A stretch of 64,000 nt of DNA, taken from NCBI GenBank assembly GCA_963795855.1, contig CAWCIZ010000003.1, positions 480,001-544,000 on the forward strand, written 5' to 3'. Under the pieces are notes generated by a model. It was not told the DNA's origin and did no database searches. It worked only from the letters and a program-made list of their open reading frames with translations. Source of the DNA: Vulcanimicrobiota bacterium (GTDB lineage: Bacteria > Vulcanimicrobiota > Vulcanimicrobiia > Vulcanimicrobiales > Vulcanimicrobiaceae). This document shows, one piece after another, positions 20,601-29,777 of this stretch. Positions within the stretch are counted from its first letter, which is position 1. Each line of letters begins with the position of its first letter. The position numbers and the translations under genes are program-made.

Positions 20601-23218
20601 CGGCGCATAAACTCATGCTGCTCGACACGTACGGGCTGGTGTACCGCGCGTTTTTCGCACTGCCTCCGCTCACCACGACGCGCGGCGTGCCGATCAATGC
20701 CGCCTACGGCTTCACGATGATGCTCAACAAAATCGTCACCGAAGAGAAACCCTCGCATCTCATCGCGGCATTCGACAAAGGTCTGCCGGCGCACCGCGTC
20801 GCGATGTATCAGCAGTACAAGGCGCAGCGCGATCAAATGCCCGACGATCTGCGCAGCCAGTTTGCGCTCGTTCGCCGCATCCTGGAGACGAACCGCATTC
20901 CAATCGTCGAAATCGAAGGTGAAGAAGCCGACGACGTCATCGCGACGCTCGCGCGCCAAGCCGAAGAGGCTGGGCGTCCAACGGTCGTCGTCACGGGCGA
21001 CACCGACCTGCTGCAGGTCGTCGACGAAAAAACCACGGTGTTGATGACGCGGCGCGGGATCACGGACCTCGGGCGTTACGACATGGATGCCGTGCGCGCG
21101 CGTTACGACGGGTTGGAGCCGCGTCAGCTTCCCGATTACCGCGGTCTCAAAGGCGATCCCTCGGATAATCTTCCCGGCATCCCGGGCGTCGGTGAAAAAA
21201 CGGCAATCAAACTGATCAAAGCCGCCGGGTCGCTGGATGCGTTGGTGTCGAAACCTGCGCTGGCCGGCTCCCCGAAACTGCAAAAGCTCGTGGAAGACTA
21301 CGGCAGACAGGCGCAAGTGTGCCGCGACGTTTCCGTCGCGCGCAAGGACCTGAGCATAACGCTCGATTGGGACGACGCGCGCTACACGCCGGCAAGCAGC
21401 GGCGAACTCTACCGGTTGTACGGCGAGCTGGAATTCAAGACGCTGCTGAACAAACTCGACGTTCCGCTCGAGATGCCGCTGCTCGAGACGCGGGAGCAGA
21501 TCCGCGGCCAATACCGCTCTTTCATTGCGGCGACGGACCCGCCGGAGTTTGTGGAACTCGCCCGCGAAATCGAAGAGTTTGCGAACGCGCATCGGATTGC
21601 GTTCGCGGTGCGCGCGGACGGTGAAATCGGAATGAGTTCGGAAATCGGGTTCGGCTTGGCTTTTTTGGCCGGCGCGCTCGCTCACGATCCGGTGAAGAGC
21701 GCGTTCGAAAAGGTGTGGCTCGGCGGGCAGCGCCTCGCGGCGCACGACGTAAAAGCGGTCCTGCATCTGCTGCGCGCTCGCGGCTTCGCGCCGCGAGTCT
21801 TCGCCGACGACACGATGATCGGCGCGCACCTGCTCAACCCGTCGCGAACGTTTGCGCCAATCGAAGACGCCGCGCAAGAGTTTTTGCAGACGTCCGTCGG
21901 CGAAGACGTCGCGGCGCACGCCGACGCGGTGCTGCAACTCGGCGAAAAGATTCGCACCGAACTGGCGCAGCGCGAGCAACTCGCGCTGTACGAAACGGTC
22001 GAAGTGCCGCTCGCGCCGATCTTGGCGAAGATGGAATGGACCGGCGTGCTTATCGATCCGCGCGAACTCGCTGCGCTGGCAAAGGAGATCGACGTTTCGG
22101 CCGAGCGTCTTCAGCGAGAGATTTACGAGCTCGCCGGAGAGCAGTTCAACATCGGCTCGCCGCAGCAGCTTGGTACGATTCTGTTCGCGAAGATGTGCTT
22201 GCCCGGCGGCAAGAAGACGAAAACCGGCTGGGCGACGGGCGTCGAGATTCTCCAAGGCCTCTCGCGTGACTATCCCATTTGCGCAAAAGTGCTGGAGTAT
22301 CGCGAGGTCACGAAGCTCAAGAACACGTACGTGGACGTGATCCCGTCCCTGACCGACAAAAGCGACGGTCGCCTGCGCACGATCTTCAATCAGACTGCGA
22401 CTGCCACCGGCCGCTTGAGTTCGACCAATCCGAACCTGCAAAATATTCCCGTGCGCGGCGATCTCGGACGGCGCATCCGTCGCGCGTTCGTGGCGCCTCC
22501 GGACGGCTTCGTGCTTCTGGCTGCGGATTACAGCCAGATCGAATTACGGCTGATGGCGCATCTTTCGGGTGACGAGGCGATGCGGCGCGCTTTTCACGAA
22601 GGACAAGACATTCACGATTTTACGGCGCGTCAAATCTTCAACGTAAACGCGCACGATACGGTCGACGGCAATCAGCGCCGCATCGCCAAATCGGTCAATT
22701 TCGGATTGCTTTACGGCATGTCGGATTTCGGGCTGGCGCAGCGTTTGGAGATCGGCCGCGCCGAAGCAAAGGAGATGACGCAAGCGTATTTCGCGCGCTT
22801 TCCCAGCGTGCGCGCGTACATTCAAAGCGTCATCGAGCAGGGCCGCGAGCAAGGGTTCGTTCGAACGATACTGGGACGCAGGCGTTACATGCCGGCATTG
22901 CGCTCGAGCAACTATATGCTTCGCTCCGCGGCGGAACGCGAAGCCACCAACGCACCGTTACAAGGCAGTGCGGCGGACATCATGAAGCTCGCAATGGTTC
23001 GTATCGACGGCGCGCTCGCGCGCGAAGGTCTGCGCGCGCGAATGCTGCTGCAGATTCACGACGAGCTGATCTTCGAGGCGGACGCCGGCCGGCTGCGGGA
23101 GATCGGGGCACTCGTACGCTCGGAAATGGAGCACGTCGCCGAATTGAGCGTTCCGCTCGCGGTGACGCTCAAGACGGGGCGAAACTGGTACGACGTCGAG
23201 GAAACGGATGATTTTTAG
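20597..23218 (+). CDS. polA: DNA polymerase I
   Basis: 5'-3' exonuclease (LLDTYGLVYRAFF, EADDVIATL, GDPSDNLPGIPGVGEKTA) and Pol A motifs (ADYSQIELR, KSVNFGLLYG, LQIHDEL). Confidence 0.98.
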   Translation: MTAHKLMLLDTYGLVYRAFFALPPLTTTRGVPINAAYGFTMMLNKIVTEEKPSHLIAAFDKGLPAHRVAMYQQYKAQRDQMPDDLRSQFALVRRILETNRIPIVEIEGEEADDVIATLARQAEEAGRPTVVVTGDTDLLQVVDEKTTVLMTRRGITDLGRYDMDAVRARYDGLEPRQLPDYRGLKGDPSDNLPGIPGVGEKTAIKLIKAAGSLDALVSKPALAGSPKLQKLVEDYGRQAQVCRDVSVARKDLSITLDWDDARYTPASSGELYRLYGELEFKTLLNKLDVPLEMPLLETREQIRGQYRSFIAATDPPEFVELAREIEEFANAHRIAFAVRADGEIGMSSEIGFGLAFLAGALAHDPVKSAFEKVWLGGQRLAAHDVKAVLHLLRARGFAPRVFADDTMIGAHLLNPSRTFAPIEDAAQEFLQTSVGEDVAAHADAVLQLGEKIRTELAQREQLALYETVEVPLAPILAKMEWTGVLIDPRELAALAKEIDVSAERLQREIYELAGEQFNIGSPQQLGTILFAKMCLPGGKKTKTGWATGVEILQGLSRDYPICAKVLEYREVTKLKNTYVDVIPSLTDKSDGRLRTIFNQTATATGRLSSTNPNLQNIPVRGDLGRRIRRAFVAPPDGFVLLAADYSQIELRLMAHLSGDEAMRRAFHEGQDIHDFTARQIFNVNAHDTVDGNQRRIAKSVNFGLLYGMSDFGLAQRLEIGRAEAKEMTQAYFARFPSVRAYIQSVIEQGREQGFVRTILGRRRYMPALRSSNYMLRSAAEREATNAPLQGSAADIMKLAMVRIDGALAREGLRARMLLQIHDELIFEADAGRLREIGALVRSEMEHVAELSVPLAVTLKTGRNWYDVEETDDF

Positions 23219-23661
23219 CACGCTCGCGCTGAGCGTTGCAGCCGCGGCGTCGCCGGCAGCGATGCCGGCCCCGCAGTCGCTTGCCGTGACGACGTTGCGC
23301 GCGCCTGCAGCGGTGCTGCGGGTTCAGGTCGCGCGTACCGAAGAGCAACGCGAACGCGGATTGATGTCGGTGCGGCATCTAGCGCCGCACACGGGCATGC
23401 TCTTCGTTTTCGATAGCGATGCGCCCGTCGCGTTCTGGATGAAGGACACGCTCATTCCGCTCGACATGGTGTTCGTCGCGCCGACCGGCATGGTTCGCCG
23501 GGTCTTCCCACGCGTGCCGGTTGTTTCACCGCAGCTCGCGGACGCGCGCATTCCGCTCGAGCAAGCTTCTGCGAAATACGTGATCGAGCTCGCCGGCGGG
23601 CGAGGCTGCGTGCGACGGATTGCGTCCCGGCGCGCGCATTCGCGGCCTTCCGCCCGCTTAA
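23208..23661 (+). CDS. DUF192 family protein; frameshift near 23598
   Basis: VARTEEQRERGLM, GMLFVF, FWMKDTLIPLDMVF, YVIEL; the corrected frame ends at TAA 23659-61. Confidence 0.85.
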
Positions 23662-23665
23662 CGCC

Positions 23666-24479
23666 ATGCCGGAACTGCCCGAAGTGGAAACCATCGTCCG
23701 CGGTCTCAAACCGGCAATCGCCGGCAAAACCATTACTTCCGCGAACGTGTCTTTAAAGAAGGTTGCCGTCAGCTCCGGCGGGTCTGCGCTTCGAACGTGC
23801 AATTGCAGGGGAACGCATCGTATCGGTTACTCGGCGCGGAAAATACGCGGTTTTCGAGCTTTCTTCTGGCCGATCGCTCGTAACCAGCCTGCGCATGACG
23901 GGGCGCTTGGTCGTTCTTCCGGCGCAAGCTCCGGCTTATCCCTATACGCACGTAGAACTTCGCTTTACCGACGGCACCCGGCTGGCGTTTGCCGACGTGC
24001 GCCAATTCGGCCGAATGCGCCTCGTGGAGCCGGGCGAGCCCTGGGACGCCGAATTGGGCCTCGAACCGCTTTCGGAAAGCTTTACTCCGGACCGCTTTAT
24101 CGGTATGCTTTCGGGGCGGACAACGCCGGTCAAGGTTTTTCTCCTTGATCAGCGGCGCATCGCCGGCGTGGGAAACATCTATGCATGCGAGGCGCTTTGG
24201 CAGGCCGGGATTCGTCCCGGTACGCCCGCGAAGCGGCTGAGTAAACCCGCCGCTGCGCGATTGCATAACGCACTCGTCGACGTTCTCCAGCGTGCCATCG
24301 ACATGCGTGGAAGCAGCGTGGACGATTACGTCGATGCGGGTGGACTGAAGGGCGGATTTCAAAACGTTCTTTCGGTTTACGGACGCACCGGAAAGAGCTG
24401 CAGCAAATGCGGCGGCTCGATAATCCGGACGGTCATCGCACAACGCGGCACGTGGTGGTGCCGCAAATGCCAAAAATAA
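23666..24479 (+). CDS. mutM: Formamidopyrimidine-DNA glycosylase; frameshift near 23770
   Basis: MPELPEVET N-terminus, RRGKY, LRMTG, DVRQFG, AGVGNIYACE and C-terminal CxxC..CxxCQ zinc finger. Confidence 0.95.
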
Positions 24480-24542
24480 AGAACTAGACGTCCCCATAGG
24501 GGTCCCACACGGCGACAGTCAGTGTGGGGGCGCGCAGCGCCG

Positions 24543-24565
24543 GACAATGCGCGAATCGCATTGTC
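24543..24565. promoter_or_regulatory. Perfect 9-bp hairpin in the rpsA leader
   Basis: GACAATGCG-CGAAT-CGCATTGTC followed by an A-rich stretch before the RBS. Confidence 0.5.
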
Positions 24566-24595
24566 AACAAAATATGAAAGGTTAGGAACCACAAC

Positions 24596-25738
24596 ATCTC
24601 TACGACTGACATCGCTCCGGTGCAACACGAAGAAGAGGATCAACTCGCACTCGAGCAGCGCCTCTACGAAGAATCGCTCAAAGTCCTCGACGAAGGACAG
24701 GTTCTAAACGGAATCATCGTCGCCAAATATCAGGACGAATTGCTGGTGGACATCGGCGGTAAATCCGAAGGCATCCTGCCGTTCCGCGAACTCTCGCTGG
24801 CCATCGAGCCGAAAGAATTGAAAGTCAACGATACGTTGGAAGTCATGATCCATCGCATCGACGACCAGGACGGAACGCTGTTTCTCTCCGAGCGCCGGGC
24901 ACGCGCGCTCAAGACGTGGGAGAAAGTCATCGAAGCGCACGATCGCGACGAAGTGATCGAAGCCACGGTGACGCAGGTGGTCAAAGGCGGCGTCCTCGTC
25001 GACCTGGGTATGCGCGGTTTCGTGCCCGCGTCTCAAATTCGCCGCCAACCCGTCGGCAATCTCGACGAACTGGTCGGCAAGAAACTGCGGCTCAAGGTCA
25101 TCGATCTCGATCACAAGCGCCATCGCGTCGTGCTTTCCCAGCGTTTGGTTCTCGAAGAAGAACTCAACGCGAAGAAGCAGGAACTGCTGGGCACGCTCGA
25201 GGTCGGCCAGATTCGTGAAGGCGTAGTGGTGCGCTTGGCGGAGTTCGGCGCGTTCGTGGATCTGGGCGGCATCGACGGCCTGATTCACAATAGCGAACTG
25301 GGCTATGCCCGCATCAAGCACCCCTCGGAAGTCGTGAAGATCGGCGACGTCGTCAACGTCGAGATCATGAAGTTCGATGCCGAGGCGAAGAAGGTCAGCC
25401 TTTCGCTCAAACACGCGCTGCCCGATCCGTGGGACGAGCACGCGGACAAACTCTACGAAACGAACAAGCTCACCGCGCAAATCGTGAAAGTGACTCCAAA
25501 CTATCTCTTGGTCGAGATCGTTCCCGGCGTGCTTGCGATGGTGCCGAAAGGCGAGTTCGATCCGGCCGCGCAGTTCAGCCCGGGTCAAGAGGTCGAAGTG
25601 ACTCTCCTCACGATCAATCATGCGACCCGCCGCATCACGGCGTCGATTCAGCACGTCGCAGACGTACCTCTCGAGGAAATCGAGAAGTATGCCATCGACG
25701 AAGAAGTCGGTGCGCCCGTCGAAGCTCCGGCAGGGTAA
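24596..25738 (+). CDS. rpsA: Ribosomal protein S1 (short, ~4 S1 domains); start probably ATC 24596, otherwise GTG 24620
   Basis: LVDIGGKSEG, VKGGVLVDLGMRGFVPASQ, FGAFVDLGGIDGLIHNSEL, VSLSLK; lies between mutM and coaE. Confidence 0.9.
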   Translation: MSTTDIAPVQHEEEDQLALEQRLYEESLKVLDEGQVLNGIIVAKYQDELLVDIGGKSEGILPFRELSLAIEPKELKVNDTLEVMIHRIDDQDGTLFLSERRARALKTWEKVIEAHDRDEVIEATVTQVVKGGVLVDLGMRGFVPASQIRRQPVGNLDELVGKKLRLKVIDLDHKRHRVVLSQRLVLEEELNAKKQELLGTLEVGQIREGVVVRLAEFGAFVDLGGIDGLIHNSELGYARIKHPSEVVKIGDVVNVEIMKFDAEAKKVSLSLKHALPDPWDEHADKLYETNKLTAQIVKVTPNYLLVEIVPGVLAMVPKGEFDPAAQFSPGQEVEVTLLTINHATRRITASIQHVADVPLEEIEKYAIDEEVGAPVEAPAG

Positions 25739-25759
25739 GCGCTCGCTGGTAAGAGTAAT

Positions 25760-25797
25760 AAGAGCCGTCGCTCTAGAAGCGTCGGCTCTTGTTCTTT
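25760..25797 (+). terminator. Probable intrinsic terminator after rpsA
   Basis: AAGAGCCG..CGGCTCTT stem followed by GTTCTTT. Confidence 0.5.
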
Positions 25798-25850
25798 ATG
25801 CGCCATCTTCGCTGAGGGGCAACTGATATGGGTGCTGAGGACCATCTTCC

Positions 25851-26438
25851 GTGAGAGTGGGACTGACCGGCGGCATCGGTTCCGGGAAAAGCGAGGTCGC
25901 GCGGATCCTCGAGTCTTTGGGTGCATACGTCGTCGATACCGATAAGCTCGCCCGCCAAGCCGTAGCGCCGGGAAGTGACGGCTTGCGCCAAATCGCGCGT
26001 GCGTGGCCTTCCGTCGTTCGCGATGACTGTCTGGATCGCGCGGCGCTGGCGCAAATCGTCTTCAGCGATCCGACGGCGCGCGAACGTTTGAATGCAATCG
26101 TGCATCCGCACGTGCGGCGTTTCGCCGAGGAATGCGATCGGTATGCTCGTCCTGGGCAACTCATCGTGCACGTCGTCCCGCTGCTTTTCGAAAGCGACTA
26201 CGACGAGCGCGTCGACGCGAGCATCCTCGTCGTGGCGCCCGAAGCGGAGCGTCTTCGCCGCGTAACGCAGCGCGATCGTCTGAGTGAAGAGCAAGTTCGG
26301 GCCCGAATTGCCGCGCAAATCGATCCGGAAGAGGCGCGTTGCCGCGCGACGTACGTCGTGGAGAACGCAGCCGGTTTCCCGCAACTGCGCGAACAAGTTC
26401 GTGAGGTTTACGACGCGCTGACTCGCCAGCGAGTGTAA
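25851..26438 (+). CDS. coaE: Dephospho-CoA kinase
   Basis: GLTGGIGSGKS P-loop, LDRAALAQIVF, LNAIVHP, VPLLFE. Confidence 0.96.
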   Translation: MRVGLTGGIGSGKSEVARILESLGAYVVDTDKLARQAVAPGSDGLRQIARAWPSVVRDDCLDRAALAQIVFSDPTARERLNAIVHPHVRRFAEECDRYARPGQLIVHVVPLLFESDYDERVDASILVVAPEAERLRRVTQRDRLSEEQVRARIAAQIDPEEARCRATYVVENAAGFPQLREQVREVYDALTRQRV

Positions 26439-26457
26439 CCCGGAAAGGCGTAAGACT

Positions 26458-26847
26458 ATGCGCGTACTGCTTTCCATTGCGGCGGCCGCCGCATTTCTCG
26501 CAGCGCCGCTCCAGAGCGTCGCCGCATCAACGCCAGTCAAGAGCGTCACGTATCGCACGTCGTACCACGAGATCGAGCCGAGGCCGAGCGCAGGAGCGTA
26601 CACCGGCAGGATGACGCTCCGTTTCGACGGCGACGGCATCGTAAGCGGCACCTATCGCGATGACTTTTCCGGTGATCTGCATACGCTAACCGGCGGCATG
26701 CGTGGGAACAGCCTCTGGTTTTCAATTGGAATGCGCGGCGGCCGCCGTTTTAACGGAACGGTTCGCGCCGACGGCACGATCACGGGATCGCTGACGCTGC
26801 AGCGCGGTCCGGCCGTCTATCAGTTCACCGCCGTTCCGGGAAGCTAA
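26458..26847 (+). CDS. Secreted hypothetical protein
   Basis: Signal peptide plus a Gly-rich beta-strand domain. Confidence 0.7.
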   Translation: MRVLLSIAAAAAFLAAPLQSVAASTPVKSVTYRTSYHEIEPRPSAGAYTGRMTLRFDGDGIVSGTYRDDFSGDLHTLTGGMRGNSLWFSIGMRGGRRFNGTVRADGTITGSLTLQRGPAVYQFTAVPGS

Positions 26848-28420
26848 CCGCGCAAAACGCGGCCGGGGCGCGCGTTGGTGAACGCTCCGTTCATCAGCAC
26901 GGCGCGGCCGTTGACGATGACGTGTTCGATTCCGGCCGGCAATTGATACGGCGCCTCGTACGTCGCGGTGTCGCGAATACACTTCAGCGTCGAAAACAAC
27001 CAGGTCGGCATAGTTTCCGACGCTGATGCTGCCGCGATCGCGAAGACCGAATATGCTCGCCGGCAGCGAAGTCATGCGGCGCACCGCCTCCACGAGATCG
27101 AGCGTCTTACGGCCGCGAACGTACCGGCCGAACACCCGCGGAAACGTTCCAAACGTTCGCGGATGCGGTACGCCGCGGGCCGTGGGACCGTCGAGCGCCC
27201 GAATCGAAGCGTCGCTGCCCACGCAGCAAAAATCGGCGGAAATCACCGTAGCCACATCGTCTTCGCACATTTTGAAGAATGCGGCGCCCACTTCGAGGCG
27301 TTCTTCACGCAGCAGCCGCACCGCCGCGGCCGCGGGCGACATGCGCCACGCACTCGCGATCTCGTCCATGCGCATGCCCGCGACACGCGCGTTTTTCTCG
27401 GAACCGACTTCCGTAACGAGCATGTCGCGCCACTGCTCGCCTTGGTGCAAACGCAGATACAATTCGATCGACGCCGCGGTTTCCGGATCGCTCAGGCGTT
27501 CGAGCGTTGCGTCGACTCCGCCGTGTCTGGCTTGCGCTGGAAGGATCGTCGCGAGTTCGGTCCAGCTCGCAATATAGGGATATACGTCGCAGTACGCATC
27601 GAGGCCGCGTTGACGCTCGCGCATCGATGCGTTCCAGCGTGCGATGCACTTTGCCCCAATTCTTCTTGCCGGACGCTTTATGATGCGAGCACTGTACGAG
27701 CACGTCCGCGCGGCGGCCGATCTCGAGCGCTTCTTCGACCGCGGGGATCAACTCGTCGCCCTCGCTGCGTAAATGTGATGCGTAACGCGGTGCGTTCGCC
27801 TCGCGTGCAGCGCATGCCATGGCAACGAGTTCGTCCGTTCCCGCATACATCGACGGTGGGTAGATGAGCCCGCTGGAAACGCCAAGCGCGCCGTGCTCGC
27901 ACGCTTCTCGAACCGCGCGCGCCTGCGCGAGTAGTTCTTCACGCTCGAGTTTCTTTTCGGAATCGCCGGCGGCGAGTTGGCGCGTCGTTCCCAAACCTAC
28001 GAGCGTCGCGACGTTCAGCGCTACGCCATTCGCTTCGACCAGCCGGAAAAATTCGTCCAGCGTTCGCCACGTAACGTCCAATCCGACGTGCGCCGCGCTG
28101 CGGCGCACGCGCTCCAAACTCGGTCCGTGCAGCGGCGCGACGGACATTCCGCAGTTCCCGCCGATTTCCGTCGTTACGCCTTGCGCGATTTTGCCGTCGC
28201 AGCGCGGCAGCGCAAGCCAAAGTTCGTCGCTGTGCGAATGCACGTCGATGAAACCGGGTACGATGGTCTTACCGCTGCAATCGACGCGCGCCAGGGCGTC
28301 GCGTTCGTGCAAATCGCCGATCAGTGCTATGCGATCTGCGACGATTCCGACGTCAGTCGTATAAGAAGAATGACCCATGCCATCGATGATTGCGGCATTT
28401 TCGAGCACCGTCGTGATCAA
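26844..28420 (-). CDS. N-acyl-D-amino-acid deacylase (amidohydrolase); frameshifts near 27615 and 26980
   Basis: PGFIDVHSHSD, QGVTTEIGGNCG, SHLRSE, DVYPY, HPRTFGTFPR, ADLVVFD, C-terminal RPGRVLR. Confidence 0.9.
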
Positions 28421-28446
28421 AAAGTGATAGTCCTGTCCGCTGCTTC

Positions 28447-28471
28447 GTTTAACAGGCGGTCGAGTGGGTAT
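28447..28471 (+). promoter_or_regulatory. SigB/SigF-type general stress promoter
   Basis: GTTTAA-13 nt-GGGTAT, matching the Bacillus SigB consensus, 40 nt upstream of a GsiB-like gene. Confidence 0.75.
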
Positions 28472-28511
28472 TTAGTCCGTGACATTTCTCACTTCGAGGT
28501 GTGAAACTAGC

Positions 28512-28760
28512 ATGGCAGTTCAAGAAAATTCCCAGGGGCCCGGCGGTGGCATGACCGTCCGAGAAGCAGGCAAGCGCGGGGGTGAACGCGTGAAGGCCAA
28601 ATACGGCACCGAGTTTTATGAAGCGATCGGTCGCAAAGGCGGCGAGGCCACCAAGGAAAAGTATGGCCCGTCCTTCTACGAGGTGATCGGACAAAAAGGC
28701 GGTCAGAAGACTAAAGCGGAAGACGTCTTAACCCTATATCTTTCCACCGGGGTCAACTAA
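28512..28760 (+). CDS. KGG-repeat stress hydrophilin (GsiB/Em-like); true stop probably TAA 28729-31
   Basis: GAGGTG RBS; MTVREAGKRGG then repeats of YG.EFYE.IG.KGG; removing one base at AGACT (28708-12) gives the ending KGGQKLKRKTS*. Confidence 0.85.
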   Translation: MAVQENSQGPGGGMTVREAGKRGGERVKAKYGTEFYEAIGRKGGEATKEKYGPSFYEVIGQKGGQKTKAEDVLTLYLSTGVN

Positions 28761-29101
28761 TGGCAAAACCCACCAAAGGCGAGCCGGACGACAAGCAGCC
28801 GGGTGGCGAAATGTCCGTGCGTGAGGCCGGCAAAAAAGGCGGCAACACCGTGCGAGACCGGTACGGTTCGGGCTTTTACGAGGAGATCGGTCGCAAGGGA
28901 GGGCAGGCGACGCGCCAACGGCACGGAGTGGAATTCTACGAGTCCATCGGCCAAAAAGGCGGCAAGGTCGTCAAAGAAAAGTACGGACCTGATTTCTACG
29001 AGGAGATCGGTCATAAGGGCGGTCAGAAGGTCAAAAAGCTGATTGCCGAGGCTAAGAAACAGCTGGGAACGAGCGAGCCGGAAGAACGCGAAAAAGAGTA
29101 G
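28760..29101 (+). CDS. KGG-repeat stress hydrophilin (GsiB/Em-like), second copy
   Basis: MSVREAGKKGG plus three 20-aa repeats FYEEIGRKGG/FYESIGQKGG/FYEEIGHKGG. Confidence 0.9.
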   Translation: MAKPTKGEPDDKQPGGEMSVREAGKKGGNTVRDRYGSGFYEEIGRKGGQATRQRHGVEFYESIGQKGGKVVKEKYGPDFYEEIGHKGGQKVKKLIAEAKKQLGTSEPEEREKE

Positions 29102-29216
29102 TCTCAGCTTTACGGTCGCCACTCGTCCGTCGCGGTCGCCACATCAGCCCAAGGGGCGGATTAGCGACGGGGGCGCGCGGACGGGTCACCGCAAATAAAA
29201 TCCACGGGTGAGGATG

Positions 29217-29777
29217 TCAAGGTCCGGGCGCTTCAACGCCGCCGCTGATTTTTCCGAGGCGGATTGAGTTTTTGTTGAAATCGACCGTGATATCGGCAAC
29301 TTTCAGCGTCTGATCCCCGGTTCGAAACACGCACGGATGCGTAAGTTGCAGCAACTTCGTGGCGTTCACCCATTGCACGAGATCGGTGTCGAACGATTTG
29401 CTTATGCCGTCTTTCGGATGCAGCGCTTCGATCTGCACGTCGCCGGTCGCTGTAAAATCGAACGTTTGCGTATTCACCGAAACGTGCTGCGCCGCTAAGC
29501 TCAAATACGGCTTTCCTTTTTTATAGAGTACGCCGTTCTTCACGCCGTCGAGCGTCGCGAGAATTCCGTCGGGCGACATTTGCGCTTTCGTATAGTCGAA
29601 CGTCCACGAGCGCGTGCTGATACGGTTTCCCGTCACGCGCCCGCCGCGCATCGTGATGGGCTGCGCCGCGGGCGGCGGCGGAACGTCGCGTCCCGCGAGG
29701 ACGATTCCGGCAACGACCCACACGAACAGCACGCCGGCCGCGATCCAGCCGATGCGCTTCCAATTCCAGTTACGCAC
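29217..29777 (-). CDS. LptC-like protein (single TM plus predicted beta-jellyroll)
   Basis: N-terminal TM followed by alternating beta strands (ATGDVQI, FDTDLVQWV); lies near lptD/lptF-G-like genes. Confidence 0.55.
   Translation of the reverse strand: MRNWNWKRIGWIAAGVLFVWVVAGIVLAGRDVPPPPAAQPITMRGGRVTGNRISTRSWTFDYTKAQMSPDGILATLDGVKNGVLYKKGKPYLSLAAQHVSVNTQTFDFTATGDVQIEALHPKDGISKSFDTDLVQWVNATKLLQLTHPCVFRTGDQTLKVADITVDFNKNSIRLGKISGGVEAPGP

Noticed and set aside
28512..29101. 60-bp periodic repeats as a CRISPR array
   Set aside because: The repeats are in-frame, degenerate at third codon positions and encode KGG motifs; there are no unique spacers or cas genes.
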